Source of the DNA: a virus | Taxonomy: Duplodnaviria > Heunggongvirae > Uroviricota > Caudoviricetes | IMG/VR virus record: IMGVR_UViG_3300029983_000009 | Span: 64,001-128,000 of that record | DNA length: 64,000 nt | Direction: 5' to 3' (one strand) | In this document: positions 1 to 9,310 of the stretch, in pieces | Numbering within the stretch: position 1 is the stretch's first letter | Layout: each line of letters starts with the position of its first letter | Translations under genes and position numbers: made by a program | Notes under the pieces: model-generated | Told to the model about the DNA's origin: nothing | Seen by the model: the letters and a program-made list of their open reading frames with translations, nothing else | Databases searched by the model: none

Positions 1-261
1 ATTTATTATCTTAGAAATAATTGGGTGGTTCTAAATTATTTGGCTGGTGAATATGGTCAGATAAAATATGATCCAGATTCATTCTATCAAAGAAATGAAC
101 TTAATGATTGTATTGTAAATATGAAAGAGAGTGACATTCCAAACATAGAAAGTTTAATGAAAGAAAATAAGCATTGGACTGATGAAGAACAGACTGATTT
201 TATTTATATTCTTAAAAAATCCATAGTAAGAAATAGTGTTTTAATACACATTAGTTATTAA
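1..261 (+). CDS. hypothetical protein, 5'-truncated by window edge
   Basis: Frame is open from base 1 to TAA at 259-261; composition like neighbouring genes. Confidence 0.7.
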   Translation: MYYLRNNWVVLNYLAGEYGQIKYDPDSFYQRNELNDCIVNMKESDIPNIESLMKENKHWTDEEQTDFIYILKKSIVRNSVLIHISY

Positions 262-308
262 TAATATTATTTAACTTTTGATATACCACATATATAAATT
301 ATATGTGG

Positions 309-316
309 TATCTTTG
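309..316 (+). promoter_or_regulatory. Bacteroidota-type -7 promoter element (TAnnTTTG)
   Basis: TATCTTTG ~35 nt upstream of ORF 352. Confidence 0.6.
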
Positions 317-351
317 CATTGTATTAAGTCAAACAATAAAACAATATAATT

Positions 352-738
352 ATGTCAGTATCAGTTTATCCTCCAGAAGAAGAATTAACAATAGACACTC
401 ATCAAATTGAGTTTAATGATATTGTTCATAATATAGTTAATAGAAAACTTCGTGAATATGCTTTAAAGGAAGTTAGTGAGATTAATAATACGTACTTGCA
501 GCCTGATTTGAGAACACATTTCAGTCTTATTAATATTTCTACTATATCTAGTAGTATTTTTAATAATTTTAATAATTTTAAAGTACCAAGGACTAAATAT
601 AAATTAGAAGAATTTGATGGTATAGAAATCGGTATTGAAGAATTATATAAGAATAGATTGTCTTTCATTAATTTAATAAAAGATTCAGAAGACATTTTAA
701 ATTTCATTTTTTTTAATTTTAATTTTTATTGTGTATAA
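352..738 (+). CDS. hypothetical protein
   Basis: 128-aa ORF behind promoter motif. Confidence 0.7.
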   Translation: MSVSVYPPEEELTIDTHQIEFNDIVHNIVNRKLREYALKEVSEINNTYLQPDLRTHFSLINISTISSSIFNNFNNFKVPRTKYKLEEFDGIEIGIEELYKNRLSFINLIKDSEDILNFIFFNFNFYCV

Positions 739-773
739 AAAAATTCAATTCAAACAATTTAAATAATATTATT

Positions 774-1100
774 ATGATAGCATTATTATTATCCTCAGTT
801 ATTATTGGCGTTTTGTCTATTATCTGTTTAGAATTTGTTTTCATATCTAATAAGAACAAATCTAATTATTATTTGCTTCTTGTTTTTTATTTTATTCTTA
901 TTTTTTCTATTTCAATTTATCATGAATATAAAAAAAATGAGACTATTGACACACATTTTAATTCATATCTGATGCCATATAAGTCATCTAATAAATGTTA
1001 TAAGGTTAATTTTGAAAAAATAGTAAGTGAAAAAATTTCTAAAATGTCACCAGAAGAATTAGATGAATTTTTTAAACATTATAAGTCATCTAATAAATAA
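774..1100 (+). CDS. hypothetical membrane protein (2 TM)
   Basis: ATG at 774 preferred over GTG 729; two hydrophobic stretches; abuts next ATG. Confidence 0.7.
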   Translation: MIALLLSSVIIGVLSIICLEFVFISNKNKSNYYLLLVFYFILIFSISIYHEYKKNETIDTHFNSYLMPYKSSNKCYKVNFEKIVSEKISKMSPEELDEFFKHYKSSNK

Positions 1101-1393
1101 TGGAAGAATTTGAATATATTGATAGAAACAGAGACTACAAAACAGGAACAAAAACTGTGTTGATAGATCAATTTGAACTTATTACTGTTGAAAAAATATT
1201 AAAAAAAGGTGATAGATTTATATGTCCTATTACAAAAGATAATAATCGAGGTATTGTAGATAGCAAAACTATGTTACCAATTTTATTGTTTGTAAAAGAA
1301 GTAAGACATATTCACATAATATATTCATATTACGAGGAATTAAACGGTAATCCTGCTGTTGCCTTTGATATGTGCTATAAATTGGTTCAATAA
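1100..1393 (+). CDS. hypothetical protein
   Basis: 97-aa ORF, TAATG coupling. Confidence 0.7.
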   Translation: MEEFEYIDRNRDYKTGTKTVLIDQFELITVEKILKKGDRFICPITKDNNRGIVDSKTMLPILLFVKEVRHIHIIYSYYEELNGNPAVAFDMCYKLVQ

Positions 1394-1653
1394 GATTAAA
1401 TATAAATTATTAGAGTATTATTATTACAAAGTCATGTTATTCATTTTGTTGAAATGACAACAAGCGATATCATACAGTCTTGGTGATTTTTTGATATAAT
1501 ATTCGTAAGCCGAAGTGGAACTACGATGCCACTGAAAAAAGTTAGCAAGTTCGGTGCAGGGCTAAAAAAAATAATAGGTCTAAGTTACAGAGGGATCCAA
1601 AAAAGAACTGAAGTATGCCATTTTATAAATAAATTCCTGTATTAATTTATAAA

Positions 1654-1685
1654 AAAAGATTGAATGAGTAATCATTCAATCTTTT
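1654..1685. terminator. bidirectional intrinsic terminator
   Basis: Perfect inverted repeat AAAAGATTGAATGA-gtaa-TCATTCAATCTTTT between convergent genes. Confidence 0.85.
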
Positions 1686-1712
1686 GTTTTTATTCTCTTA
1701 ATGCGTGATTAA

Positions 1713-1928
1713 TCATTCATTTTTTCCTGTAATATTTATCAATTCTTCTGTAAATTCAAAACATCTACCACCATTCCATCTGATGTCAACTTCATCGTCA
1801 TTCATGTAAAATGGCGGCTCAACTACAACTCCTACACCAATTCCTCTTCCCCAACCATCAAAATCATTAGTTATCCAAGTTTCTTCATTCTTAATTACTT
1901 TATCACCAATATTAAATTTTTCCATCAC
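1713..1928 (-). CDS. small KOW/SH3-like hypothetical protein
   Basis: FNIGDKV start, G.GVVV, V.I.W pattern. Confidence 0.7.
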   Translation of the reverse strand: MMEKFNIGDKVIKNEETWITNDFDGWGRGIGVGVVVEPPFYMNDDEVDIRWNGGRCFEFTEELINITGKNE

Positions 1929-2109
1929 ATTTATTATTTATATAATCTTCTAATAATTCTGAACTTTCAATATATTGTCTTCTTAGTTCATGAAATTCAT
2001 CATCTTTAATTTCTTTGAAGTTGCTATAATGTCTAAAGCAATAATCAAATCCCTCATTTTCCATTTTAGATTTTATATATCTACAATCTTCTATCTCTTC
2101 TTCTGTCAT
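1912..2109 (-). CDS. hypothetical protein
   Basis: 65-aa ORF in operon with radical SAM gene. Confidence 0.7.
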   Translation of the reverse strand: MTEEEIEDCRYIKSKMENEGFDYCFRHYSNFKEIKDDEFHELRRQYIESSELLEDYINNKCDGKI

Positions 2110-2113
2110 AATA

Positions 2114-3007
2114 TTAATCTTTTATTTTAATATACTCATTTATGGATAGTAACCCACAAGAACTTCCAATTTCTAGTCCAGGAGGTATGTAATATTCATG
2201 TTTAATTCCAACAAGACTAAATATATCTGAAAATACTTTAATTTTAGAAATGTTTGATGGTTCAGCGTCTATATTATCTTTCTTGTTATAGAATAAAAAT
2301 TTAACATCAAATCCTTTGTCTTTAATAAGATTAGTTAATCTCATAGCATCTTCTGATTTATCATTTACATTCTCTATTAGAGCATAATGTATTTCAACAC
2401 TATTTCCTGTCATAGATTTATAATAATCTACTGCTGCAATGGTCGGTTCAATTTTCATTGATCTTGGCATCCACTGAACTCTCTGCTCATTTGTAGTATA
2501 ATGTAAAGATAGATGCAACTTAACAGGCAAATTGTTTTTAGCTATTTTATTTGTTAATTTGAAAAATTCAATACTGTGAGATTCAGGTAAAGATGTTGCA
2601 AATGCGAATCTAACGTATATATCTTTCAGATAAGTATTTTGAATATTTATCATTGATTCTACAACTTCATCAACATTTGTTACAATTTCACCAATACCCA
2701 TGAAACTTATTAATAAAGTTTTTGGGTTTTCAGATAATTTTAAATCATTATAAATATAATTAACTCCATTAGAAATTTCAAATGATGTTAGATTTCTATT
2801 TTTAATTTTACCAACATATTCTGCTGTATGACAAAATTTGCATCCTATTGAGCAAAATGTTGAAACTGGACAGCAAATAATATTTTTACCATCATTCTTA
2901 TTGATATAAGAAAATTCAATTATTAATTTATCCTCTGTATAAAAAATATACTTGATTGTGTTGTCAATAGTTGAATGTACTAATTTTTTTAATTCTAAAT
3001 CTTTCAT
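2114..3007 (-). CDS. RlmN/Cfr-like radical SAM RNA methyltransferase
   Basis: CSIGCKFCHT (CxxxCxxC), FMGIGE (cf. MGMGEP), LSLH, C-terminal SCGLL (cf. ACGQL), upstream CPVS cysteine. Confidence 0.85.
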   Translation of the reverse strand: MKDLELKKLVHSTIDNTIKYIFYTEDKLIIEFSYINKNDGKNIICCPVSTFCSIGCKFCHTAEYVGKIKNRNLTSFEISNGVNYIYNDLKLSENPKTLLISFMGIGEIVTNVDEVVESMINIQNTYLKDIYVRFAFATSLPESHSIEFFKLTNKIAKNNLPVKLHLSLHYTTNEQRVQWMPRSMKIEPTIAAVDYYKSMTGNSVEIHYALIENVNDKSEDAMRLTNLIKDKGFDVKFLFYNKKDNIDAEPSNISKIKVFSDIFSLVGIKHEYYIPPGLEIGSSCGLLSINEYIKIKD

Positions 3008-3078
3008 AGTTTATTTTATTGTATCATTTTTAATATGAAAGTTTATATTTAAATAGTTATTTAACCAAAAATAATTTG

Positions 3079-3086
3079 TATCTTTG
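3079..3086 (+). promoter_or_regulatory. Bacteroidota-type -7 element
   Basis: TATCTTTG upstream of ORF 3109. Confidence 0.6.
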
Positions 3087-3108
3087 TTTAATATAAAATT
3101 AAATATAA

Positions 3109-3387
3109 ATGAATAAGCTTAATTTAAGCATAGGTGAGATGTTAACATCATTAGATGATTGGTTAAAATATGATCTTGGTACTCAAAATCACTCATTTAT
3201 AAAAGGCAATAAATATAAATTTACATATTATTGTCCTGAATATAATTGTTATTCAGTAGAATCTGAAATATATATCTATGCAAATTCAAATTGCAATTTG
3301 TCATTATTAACTGAAGAAGAAATAATAAAACATTTTGATTATAAATCAATTCAAAGAAGAAAAAAATTAAAAAAACTAAATGAATAA
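3109..3387 (+). CDS. hypothetical protein, paralog 1 of tandem triplet, RKxKL tail
   Basis: Shares LDDW.KY, F.KG.KY, HFDY.SIQR motifs with 3380 and 3630. Confidence 0.8.
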   Translation: MNKLNLSIGEMLTSLDDWLKYDLGTQNHSFIKGNKYKFTYYCPEYNCYSVESEIYIYANSNCNLSLLTEEEIIKHFDYKSIQRRKKLKKLNE

Positions 3388-3637
3388 ATTATATAGGAAA
3401 GATGTATTAATTTCTTTATAACATTGGGTTAAATTTACTCTTAACGGAAATTCTTATATATTTTTAAAAGGTGGCAAATATGAAGTTTCATATATAAATA
3501 TGTATGGACTATATGTTATAGAAATGAGATCAAATGACTCTTTTAGATATGTTTCATTGACTTATGATGAAATAATGAAACATTTTGATTATAAGTCAAT
3601 TCAAAGAATTAAAAAATTAAAAAAACTAAATGATTAA
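3380..3637 (+). pseudogene. paralog 2 of triplet, in-frame TAA at codon 14
   Basis: Hand translation MNKLYRKDVLISL*HWVKFTLNG...HFDYKSIQRIKKLKKLND; TAA 3419-3421 where the paralog has Asp. Confidence 0.8.
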
Positions 3638-3914
3638 ATTATATAGAGAAGATGTATTAATTGCATTAGATGATTGGGTTAAATATTCAATTAATGGTAT
3701 GTCTTATCATTTTAATAAAGGTTCTAAATATAAAATTTTATCTATATTTATTGACTGTGAATACCCATATTATATTGAATCAGAAAAAACTAACAGAAAA
3801 TATGAAGTTAAATTTTGTAGTGATTGCTCATTAGATGATGTTGAAATAACTCAGAACTTTGATTATATAACATATCAAAGAAAGAATAAATTGATAAAAT
3901 TGAATAAATTATAA
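3630..3914 (+). CDS. hypothetical protein, paralog 3 of triplet, RKxKL tail
   Basis: Paralogy with 3109 and 3380. Confidence 0.8.
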   Translation: MIKLYREDVLIALDDWVKYSINGMSYHFNKGSKYKILSIFIDCEYPYYIESEKTNRKYEVKFCSDCSLDDVEITQNFDYITYQRKNKLIKLNKL

Positions 3915-4208
3915 GTTGAATTTATTTATATTATTTTTATATTTAACAACATTCTTATCTTTATCAAATGCCAATATATCTTCTATATAAACATTCCATC
4001 CATTAGGATGATTTTCATCATAAAAATCAATCATGTATGCTGAGCCACTATAATAATTTATTATTTTATATGCATTATCAGTGAATATTTTTCTATAATG
4101 ATCACCTATCTCTGGATCACTAAAATTTAAATTTTTTGTGTTCAGAACAACATAATCGCCAATTCTTGGTTCATCATTATTATTTTCAAATTTTTTTAAG
4201 TATTTCAT
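3909..4208 (-). CDS. cassette protein, GDYV/SH3-like
   Basis: MKYLKKFE...IGDYVV...NKFNL; close paralog of 4205. Confidence 0.85.
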   Translation of the reverse strand: MKYLKKFENNNDEPRIGDYVVLNTKNLNFSDPEIGDHYRKIFTDNAYKIINYYSGSAYMIDFYDENHPNGWNVYIEDILAFDKDKNVVKYKNNINKFNL

Positions 4209-4543
4209 AAGTTAAATTTATTTGCTATATTTTTATATTTAACAACTTCTTCATCTTTATCATAAAATAGTATATCCTCATAATAGATATCCCATCCATC
4301 AGGATGAGTTTTATCATAAAAATTAATTGTATATACTGAAGATGGGAATTTACTTGTATATTTTGGAGAGTATTCACTATTATCACCAATTATTTTATAT
4401 ACATTATTAGTAAATATTCTTATATAATTTTTATTTTTATATGAGTTAGGATCACTAAATTTTAAATTTTTTACATTCAGTATAACATAATCACCAATTT
4501 CTGGTATTGTTTCTTTATTTTCAAATGTCTTTATATATTTCAT
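4205..4543 (-). CDS. cassette protein, GDYV/SH3-like
   Basis: MKYIKTFE...IGDYVI...NKFNL. Confidence 0.85.
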   Translation of the reverse strand: MKYIKTFENKETIPEIGDYVILNVKNLKFSDPNSYKNKNYIRIFTNNVYKIIGDNSEYSPKYTSKFPSSVYTINFYDKTHPDGWDIYYEDILFYDKDEEVVKYKNIANKFNL

Positions 4544-4866
4544 AAGTTAAATTTTTTTGCTGATAGTATTTTTTCCATTTCATTTTTATCTCCAAAATAT
4601 AAAATATCATTCATTTCAAATCTCAGCATATCATTATCAACACCGTCATAAAATAATTTTTTCAAATTTGAAGGAATTTTGTTATATTTTACAAAAACAC
4701 CTCCATTGTATATATCATAAATTTTACCAATTGAATTGTTTATATATTCATTTAATAATTCATCTAAATCAGAATGAAAATATTTCATCTTTTTAATATT
4801 CATAATAACATAATCACCAACAATTGGGTTATTTTCAGTAGCTTCAAATTGTTTCAAATGTTTCAT
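4540..4866 (-). CDS. cassette protein, GDYV/SH3-like
   Basis: MKHLKQFE...VGDYVI...KKFNL. Confidence 0.85.
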   Translation of the reverse strand: MKHLKQFEATENNPIVGDYVIMNIKKMKYFHSDLDELLNEYINNSIGKIYDIYNGGVFVKYNKIPSNLKKLFYDGVDNDMLRFEMNDILYFGDKNEMEKILSAKKFNL

Positions 4867-5156
4867 ATGTTATATTTTTTTGATTGTAATAATATTTCTA
4901 ATTCTTCTTTATTTTTTGAAATATGTTTTATCTCAGATACATCTAAATACCAATTATCATCAATATGGTTTTCTAATTTAAATTTAATGATATATAAAAT
5001 CTTCCCTATTTTTCTTTGTCTCGTTCCAATTATTTGAAATATATTATTATTAATTTTATCATTAATAACAGCATTAAGAGTTTCTACATTAGGAATTATA
5101 TAGTCACCTACGTCTGGAGTATTTTCTATATCTTCAAATTTTTTCAAGTACTTCAT
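4863..5156 (-). CDS. cassette protein, GDYV/SH3-like
   Basis: MKYLKKFE...VGDYII...KKYNI. Confidence 0.85.
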   Translation of the reverse strand: MKYLKKFEDIENTPDVGDYIIPNVETLNAVINDKINNNIFQIIGTRQRKIGKILYIIKFKLENHIDDNWYLDVSEIKHISKNKEELEILLQSKKYNI

Positions 5157-5464
5157 AAGTTAAATTTATTTGTTTCTGATTTAGTCTTACAATAATCTAT
5201 TTCTGATTTAGTCATTTTTCTTGAAATAAAATATATATTACCAGTTATTTTTTGCTTAGTGATTAATGTTTCAAATGTAATAACTATGTTATCTTTATCT
5301 TCATTATTATGATTCTCCAATAGAGTTATTTCTATTATTTTGACAAATAAATTATCTGGTATTTTTTCTACTCTCTCCACATAATCAGGAATTATTTTTA
5401 TTTTAACATAATCTCCTATATTAATATTTAGTTTGTTAATTTCAAATGATTTTATATACTTCAT
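5153..5464 (-). CDS. cassette protein, GDYV/SH3-like
   Basis: MKYIKSFE...IGDYVK...NKFNL. Confidence 0.85.
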   Translation of the reverse strand: MKYIKSFEINKLNINIGDYVKIKIIPDYVERVEKIPDNLFVKIIEITLLENHNNEDKDNIVITFETLITKQKITGNIYFISRKMTKSEIDYCKTKSETNKFNL

Positions 5465-5826
5465 AGGTTGAATTTATTTGAATTATTTTGAATTTCTATT
5501 TTATTTTTCAATTCATCTTTTGTTTTTGCTAATAAGTTTATATCTTCTAAATAAAATATTTGATTGTAGCCATAATTTTTATCATATTGAAAAAATTCTC
5601 TTACATTTTTTGGAATATCAAAACCATATATAACCTTTATTTTGTTGTTATTAAAAGTAGTATATATTTGTCCAGGACAATTAAGAAAAAAATCTTTTAA
5701 CAAATCAAGATATTTTTCATCGTAGTGATTTTTCAAATGATTAATATAATTTTTACTTACTATTGACACATAATCTCCTACTTCAGTCTCATTAGTATCA
5801 TTTTCAAATTTCTTTATATATTTCAT
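5461..5826 (-). CDS. cassette protein, GDYV/SH3-like
   Basis: MKYIKKFE...VGDYVS...NKFNL. Confidence 0.85.
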   Translation of the reverse strand: MKYIKKFENDTNETEVGDYVSIVSKNYINHLKNHYDEKYLDLLKDFFLNCPGQIYTTFNNNKIKVIYGFDIPKNVREFFQYDKNYGYNQIFYLEDINLLAKTKDELKNKIEIQNNSNKFNL

Positions 5827-6128
5827 ATGTTAAATTTGTTTGCATCAATTTCATAATCTTCAACAGTTATTTCTATTACAGTTTTATTTACATTTATTTT
5901 ATCTGACCAACTCCAACTGTTATAGATTAATGAGTGATTTAAATATATAAATTTAAAATGTGGGTTATTCCAATATTGAGAGTGCGTATTATTACTCCAA
6001 CTTGATATTTCATCTGTTGACATACCTATTTTAGTTAGTGCAATAAAATATACTTCTAACGGGTATGATGGAATTTTATATTGAATTTTTTTAATATTTA
6101 TCTTTTCAAATTTTTTTATATATTTCAT
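5823..6128 (-). CDS. cassette protein, YFIALTKIGM family
   Basis: MKYIKKFE...NKFNI; near-duplicate of 6125. Confidence 0.85.
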   Translation of the reverse strand: MKYIKKFEKINIKKIQYKIPSYPLEVYFIALTKIGMSTDEISSWSNNTHSQYWNNPHFKFIYLNHSLIYNSWSWSDKINVNKTVIEITVEDYEIDANKFNI

Positions 6129-6439
6129 ATGTTAAATTTCTTTGCATCAATTTCATAATCGTCAACAGTTATTTCTCTTACAGTTTGATTTACATTTATT
6201 CTATTTGACCAACTCCATTGATATTTTTTAGTATAATCATTGTATATGTGATCTAAATATATAAATTTAAAATTTGAATTATTCCAATATTGAGCTAATT
6301 TATTACTACTCCAATTTGATATTTCATCTTGTGACATACCAATTTTAGTTAGTGCAATAAAATATGCTTCTAACGGATATGCTGGAATTTTATAATGAAT
6401 TGTATTATTTATTTTTTCAAAATTTTTTATATATTTCAT
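6125..6439 (-). CDS. cassette protein, YFIALTKIGM family
   Basis: MKYIKNFE...KKFNI. Confidence 0.85.
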   Translation of the reverse strand: MKYIKNFEKINNTIHYKIPAYPLEAYFIALTKIGMSQDEISNWSSNKLAQYWNNSNFKFIYLDHIYNDYTKKYQWSWSNRINVNQTVREITVDDYEIDAKKFNI

Positions 6440-6771
6440 AGGTTAAATTTATTTGTATTAATAGAAATTTCTAATTCTGATTTATCTTTTGAATATCTAA
6501 CTATATCTGCTCCTTTCATAGTAAATGCAGATTCATTTTTATATCTCTTGAAATTATTTAAATTATCTGGAATATGATCATATTCAACTATATAATATGT
6601 AGCACCTGGTATTAATTTATAATCAATATCAATAAGTTTTCCTACCTTATTTTTAATGAAATCATTAAATTCTTTATATGTATTATTATATTTACCATCA
6701 TACCATTCACATATTACATAATCACCAATTTCTAATTTATTATTTATTTCAAATGTTTTTAAATATTTCAT
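6436..6771 (-). CDS. cassette protein, GDYV/SH3-like (array head)
   Basis: MKYLKTFE...IGDYVI...NKFNL; TAATATATA just upstream. Confidence 0.85.
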   Translation of the reverse strand: MKYLKTFEINNKLEIGDYVICEWYDGKYNNTYKEFNDFIKNKVGKLIDIDYKLIPGATYYIVEYDHIPDNLNNFKRYKNESAFTMKGADIVRYSKDKSELEISINTNKFNL

Positions 6772-6823
6772 ACTTTATATATTAAAAAAACATAATTAAA
6801 TTCTTCAATTGAAATAATTATAT

Positions 6824-6831
6824 TATTTTTG
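6824..6831 (+). promoter_or_regulatory. Bacteroidota-type -7 element
   Basis: TATTTTTG upstream of ORF 6857. Confidence 0.5.
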
Positions 6832-6856
6832 CATATAATATAAAAAAATAAAAACT

Positions 6857-7381
6857 ATGGAATTTAAAGTTGTTGATTATAAAATATATAAAATTCATAC
6901 TACACGTGAAAAATATCGTGAGGCCGCAATTAAATATGATTATGCATCAAAAAATAAAAATTGGGCTGATGATTTTGAAGGAATGATTGAAAAAAAATAT
7001 TCTGGTTACAGTGATCAAATAGATTCATTTAGTTCTAATAAATATCTAATGAAAATTGTATTTGTTGGTGATAAATTTGATATAAATAAAGACTTTTATG
7101 ATAATTGTAAACTTCCTTATTATAGTCACTTGCATAGTGATTTTAAAGAATATGGAGATAATCTAACAGATGAAATTATACAATCTCATTTTGAAGTTGT
7201 TAAACCAAATAAACCAACTACATATCCTAAATATAACAATGAAGTTAAATTCAATTATGATAAAAAAAATGTTATAATTGAGAAAATCTACTTTGATGGT
7301 TATGATTGGCAATATAAATTGAAAAATATTGGTCATGTTTATGATTATATTTCTGAAACTAATATCAATAAATATAATTGA
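6857..7381 (+). CDS. hypothetical protein
   Basis: 174-aa ORF. Confidence 0.8.
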   Translation: MEFKVVDYKIYKIHTTREKYREAAIKYDYASKNKNWADDFEGMIEKKYSGYSDQIDSFSSNKYLMKIVFVGDKFDINKDFYDNCKLPYYSHLHSDFKEYGDNLTDEIIQSHFEVVKPNKPTTYPKYNNEVKFNYDKKNVIIEKIYFDGYDWQYKLKNIGHVYDYISETNINKYN

Positions 7382-7464
7382 AAGGTGAAAAATGTATAAA
7401 TGTTATTTTATTTTTTGGTTAGTAACAAAAAATTTAGTATTTTTGTCAAATAATTAAAATTAGT

Positions 7465-7656
7465 ATGACAAAAATTGAAGAAACAGATAATAAAATATTA
7501 CTTTCTTATTATTATAAAAGAGTATTAGATGTATTTAATTCAGATTTTATTAATAAAGATTTTATTGATAGGGCAATTAAATTAAGAGATGCAATAGAAA
7601 ATGACATAGGAATAGTACACACAGAAGAGTATTATGAGATTATGAAAAATATATAA
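7465..7656 (+). CDS. hypothetical protein
   Basis: 63-aa ORF after TATTTTTG at 7438-7445. Confidence 0.65.
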   Translation: MTKIEETDNKILLSYYYKRVLDVFNSDFINKDFIDRAIKLRDAIENDIGIVHTEEYYEIMKNI

Positions 7657-7665
7657 AAATAAAAT

Positions 7666-8289
7666 ATGTTACCAGAATATATCATACAAATATTAGCTTC
7701 ACTATTCGCTGGATCTATATTAGGAATAGAACGTGGATTTCATGGAAAACCTGCAGGATTTAAGACAATGATATTAATTTGTGTTAGTTCATGTGTATTT
7801 ACCATATTATCAGTTAATTTGGTGAGTGGAGATAGAATAGCATCAAACATAGTTACTGGAATTGGTTTTATTGGTGCTGGGGTTGTTTTTAAAGAAGGTG
7901 GAAATATTCGTGGTATAACTTCTGCTGCAATCATTTGGATGGCATCCGCAATAGGTATGTGCATAGGGTTTCAAAATTATACATTAGCAGCCTTTGTTCT
8001 ATTGGTCGTATTATTAGTTATGATTGTATTTTTTAAGTTTGAGAATATATTTGATACTTTTCATCATTCAAAAATTTATAATATTCATTTCATATCATCT
8101 GAGTATTCTTTAGAAGAATTAGAGAAAGAAATGTCAATTCTAAATATTGAATACAAAAGAAATAAAATAGGAAAAAGAAACAATGTTATTAATGTTGATT
8201 ATAATATATTAATTTATCCTATTGAAAATTTAAATAAAATTGATAACTTTTTGATTAATAATATCTATATAAATGGATTTGAAGTATAA
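7666..8289 (+). CDS. MgtC/SapB family membrane protein
   Basis: G.ER...KPAGFKT, DRIASNIVTGIGFIGAGVVF, GITSAAIIW.ASAIGM..G. Confidence 0.92.
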   Translation: MLPEYIIQILASLFAGSILGIERGFHGKPAGFKTMILICVSSCVFTILSVNLVSGDRIASNIVTGIGFIGAGVVFKEGGNIRGITSAAIIWMASAIGMCIGFQNYTLAAFVLLVVLLVMIVFFKFENIFDTFHHSKIYNIHFISSEYSLEELEKEMSILNIEYKRNKIGKRNNVINVDYNILIYPIENLNKIDNFLINNIYINGFEV

Positions 8290-8303
8290 TAAAATTAAAT
8301 AAT

Positions 8304-8981
8304 ATGTGGGAAATTTTTAAAAGTAATGCACGTAAAGAACGTGATAGAATTGAATCTGAAAGAGTTAAACAAGAAGGTATTGATAAAACACTTGAAGAAG
8401 AAAGGGTGTATTCTATTTATGAACTTGAAAGTAAACGTCTAAATGATAAATTAGATGAAGAAAGATCTAAGTATAATGAAAAAGAAAAAATAAATTTTGA
8501 AAAATCAAATGGAACATGTCCAAAATGTTCATCTACTAAAGTAGTTGATAAAATAAGCCAATTGAAAGGCGAAATTAATGGTTCATCATCAATTAGTGGT
8601 AGTCTTGGAGGTATGTTTGGATCAGGTTCAATTCATGGTAGTATAGACACACTTGAAATAAATAAATGTACTGAATGTAGTAATGAATGGAAAAAAGTAC
8701 CATATAATAGTAATGGCGCACAATCATGGGAAAATAAAATCCGATATTTAAGACTGTCAATAAATAATTTAGTTGAGAAACCAGATGGAAAAGAGCCTTA
8801 TTATATTAATTGTGCTAGGGATTTTTGGTCTGGTACTAAGTTAGATACTCTATTATTATTAATTAAAAATGAACATATTGGTACATGTTTTTGGTCAGAT
8901 AGTTATCTTAAAGAAATTATGATTGAATTAATTAAAGGTAAAGAAGATATCTTAATTAATAAACTTGGATTCATAAAATAA
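8304..8981 (+). CDS. hypothetical coiled-coil/zinc-ribbon protein
   Basis: CPKC and CTEC pairs; Gly/Ser-rich segment. Confidence 0.75.
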   Translation: MWEIFKSNARKERDRIESERVKQEGIDKTLEEERVYSIYELESKRLNDKLDEERSKYNEKEKINFEKSNGTCPKCSSTKVVDKISQLKGEINGSSSISGSLGGMFGSGSIHGSIDTLEINKCTECSNEWKKVPYNSNGAQSWENKIRYLRLSINNLVEKPDGKEPYYINCARDFWSGTKLDTLLLLIKNEHIGTCFWSDSYLKEIMIELIKGKEDILINKLGFIK

Positions 8982-9039
8982 ATATTATATTTTTTTGTTA
9001 AATATTGTAAATATAATTTTTTGTATAAATAATTATAAT

Positions 9040-9047
9040 TATCTTTG
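9040..9047 (+). promoter_or_regulatory. Bacteroidota-type -7 element
   Basis: TATCTTTG upstream of ORF 9071. Confidence 0.6.
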
Positions 9048-9070
9048 CACATAATTTAAAAATAATAAAA

Positions 9071-9304
9071 ATGAAAACCAAAATAATCATCTCTGAAATC
9101 TTGAAATCTAAGGGTATTACACCTACTTCAAAGTATCATGATTATGATTATCTGTATAAAACAATTATAGAGGTAATTAAAACTGCTTGTGATGATACAG
9201 TTGAATTATGTAATAATAGTTCTGAAGTAGAAGTATTAGGATATAATGATTATAAGGTTAATGAACAATCAATTTTAAATGTAAAAAACAAAATCACAAA
9301 ATAA
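9071..9304 (+). CDS. hypothetical protein
   Basis: 77-aa ORF. Confidence 0.7.
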   Translation: MKTKIIISEILKSKGITPTSKYHDYDYLYKTIIEVIKTACDDTVELCNNSSEVEVLGYNDYKVNEQSILNVKNKITK

Positions 9305-9310
9305 AAAATC

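Larger units (their letters stand above)
3909..6771 (-). repeat. cassette array 1: 9 genes joined by conserved KFN[LI]*/MKY[IL]K junctions
   Basis: Eight ATGA overlaps within AATAAATTTAAC(T/A)TATGAAATA-like junctions. Confidence 0.9.

Noticed and set aside
1454-1645. Possible selenoprotein ORF with in-frame TGA at 1484-1486
   Set aside because: The frame is open on both sides of the TGA, but codon usage is unlike the phage genes, there is no redox motif and no recognisable family; probably chance.
5140-5160. AAGTACTTGAAAA in some cassette starts matches the right arm of the TCAAGTA-N4-TACTTGA palindrome
   Set aside because: It is explained by MKYLK codons, occurs in few junctions and lacks the left arm.
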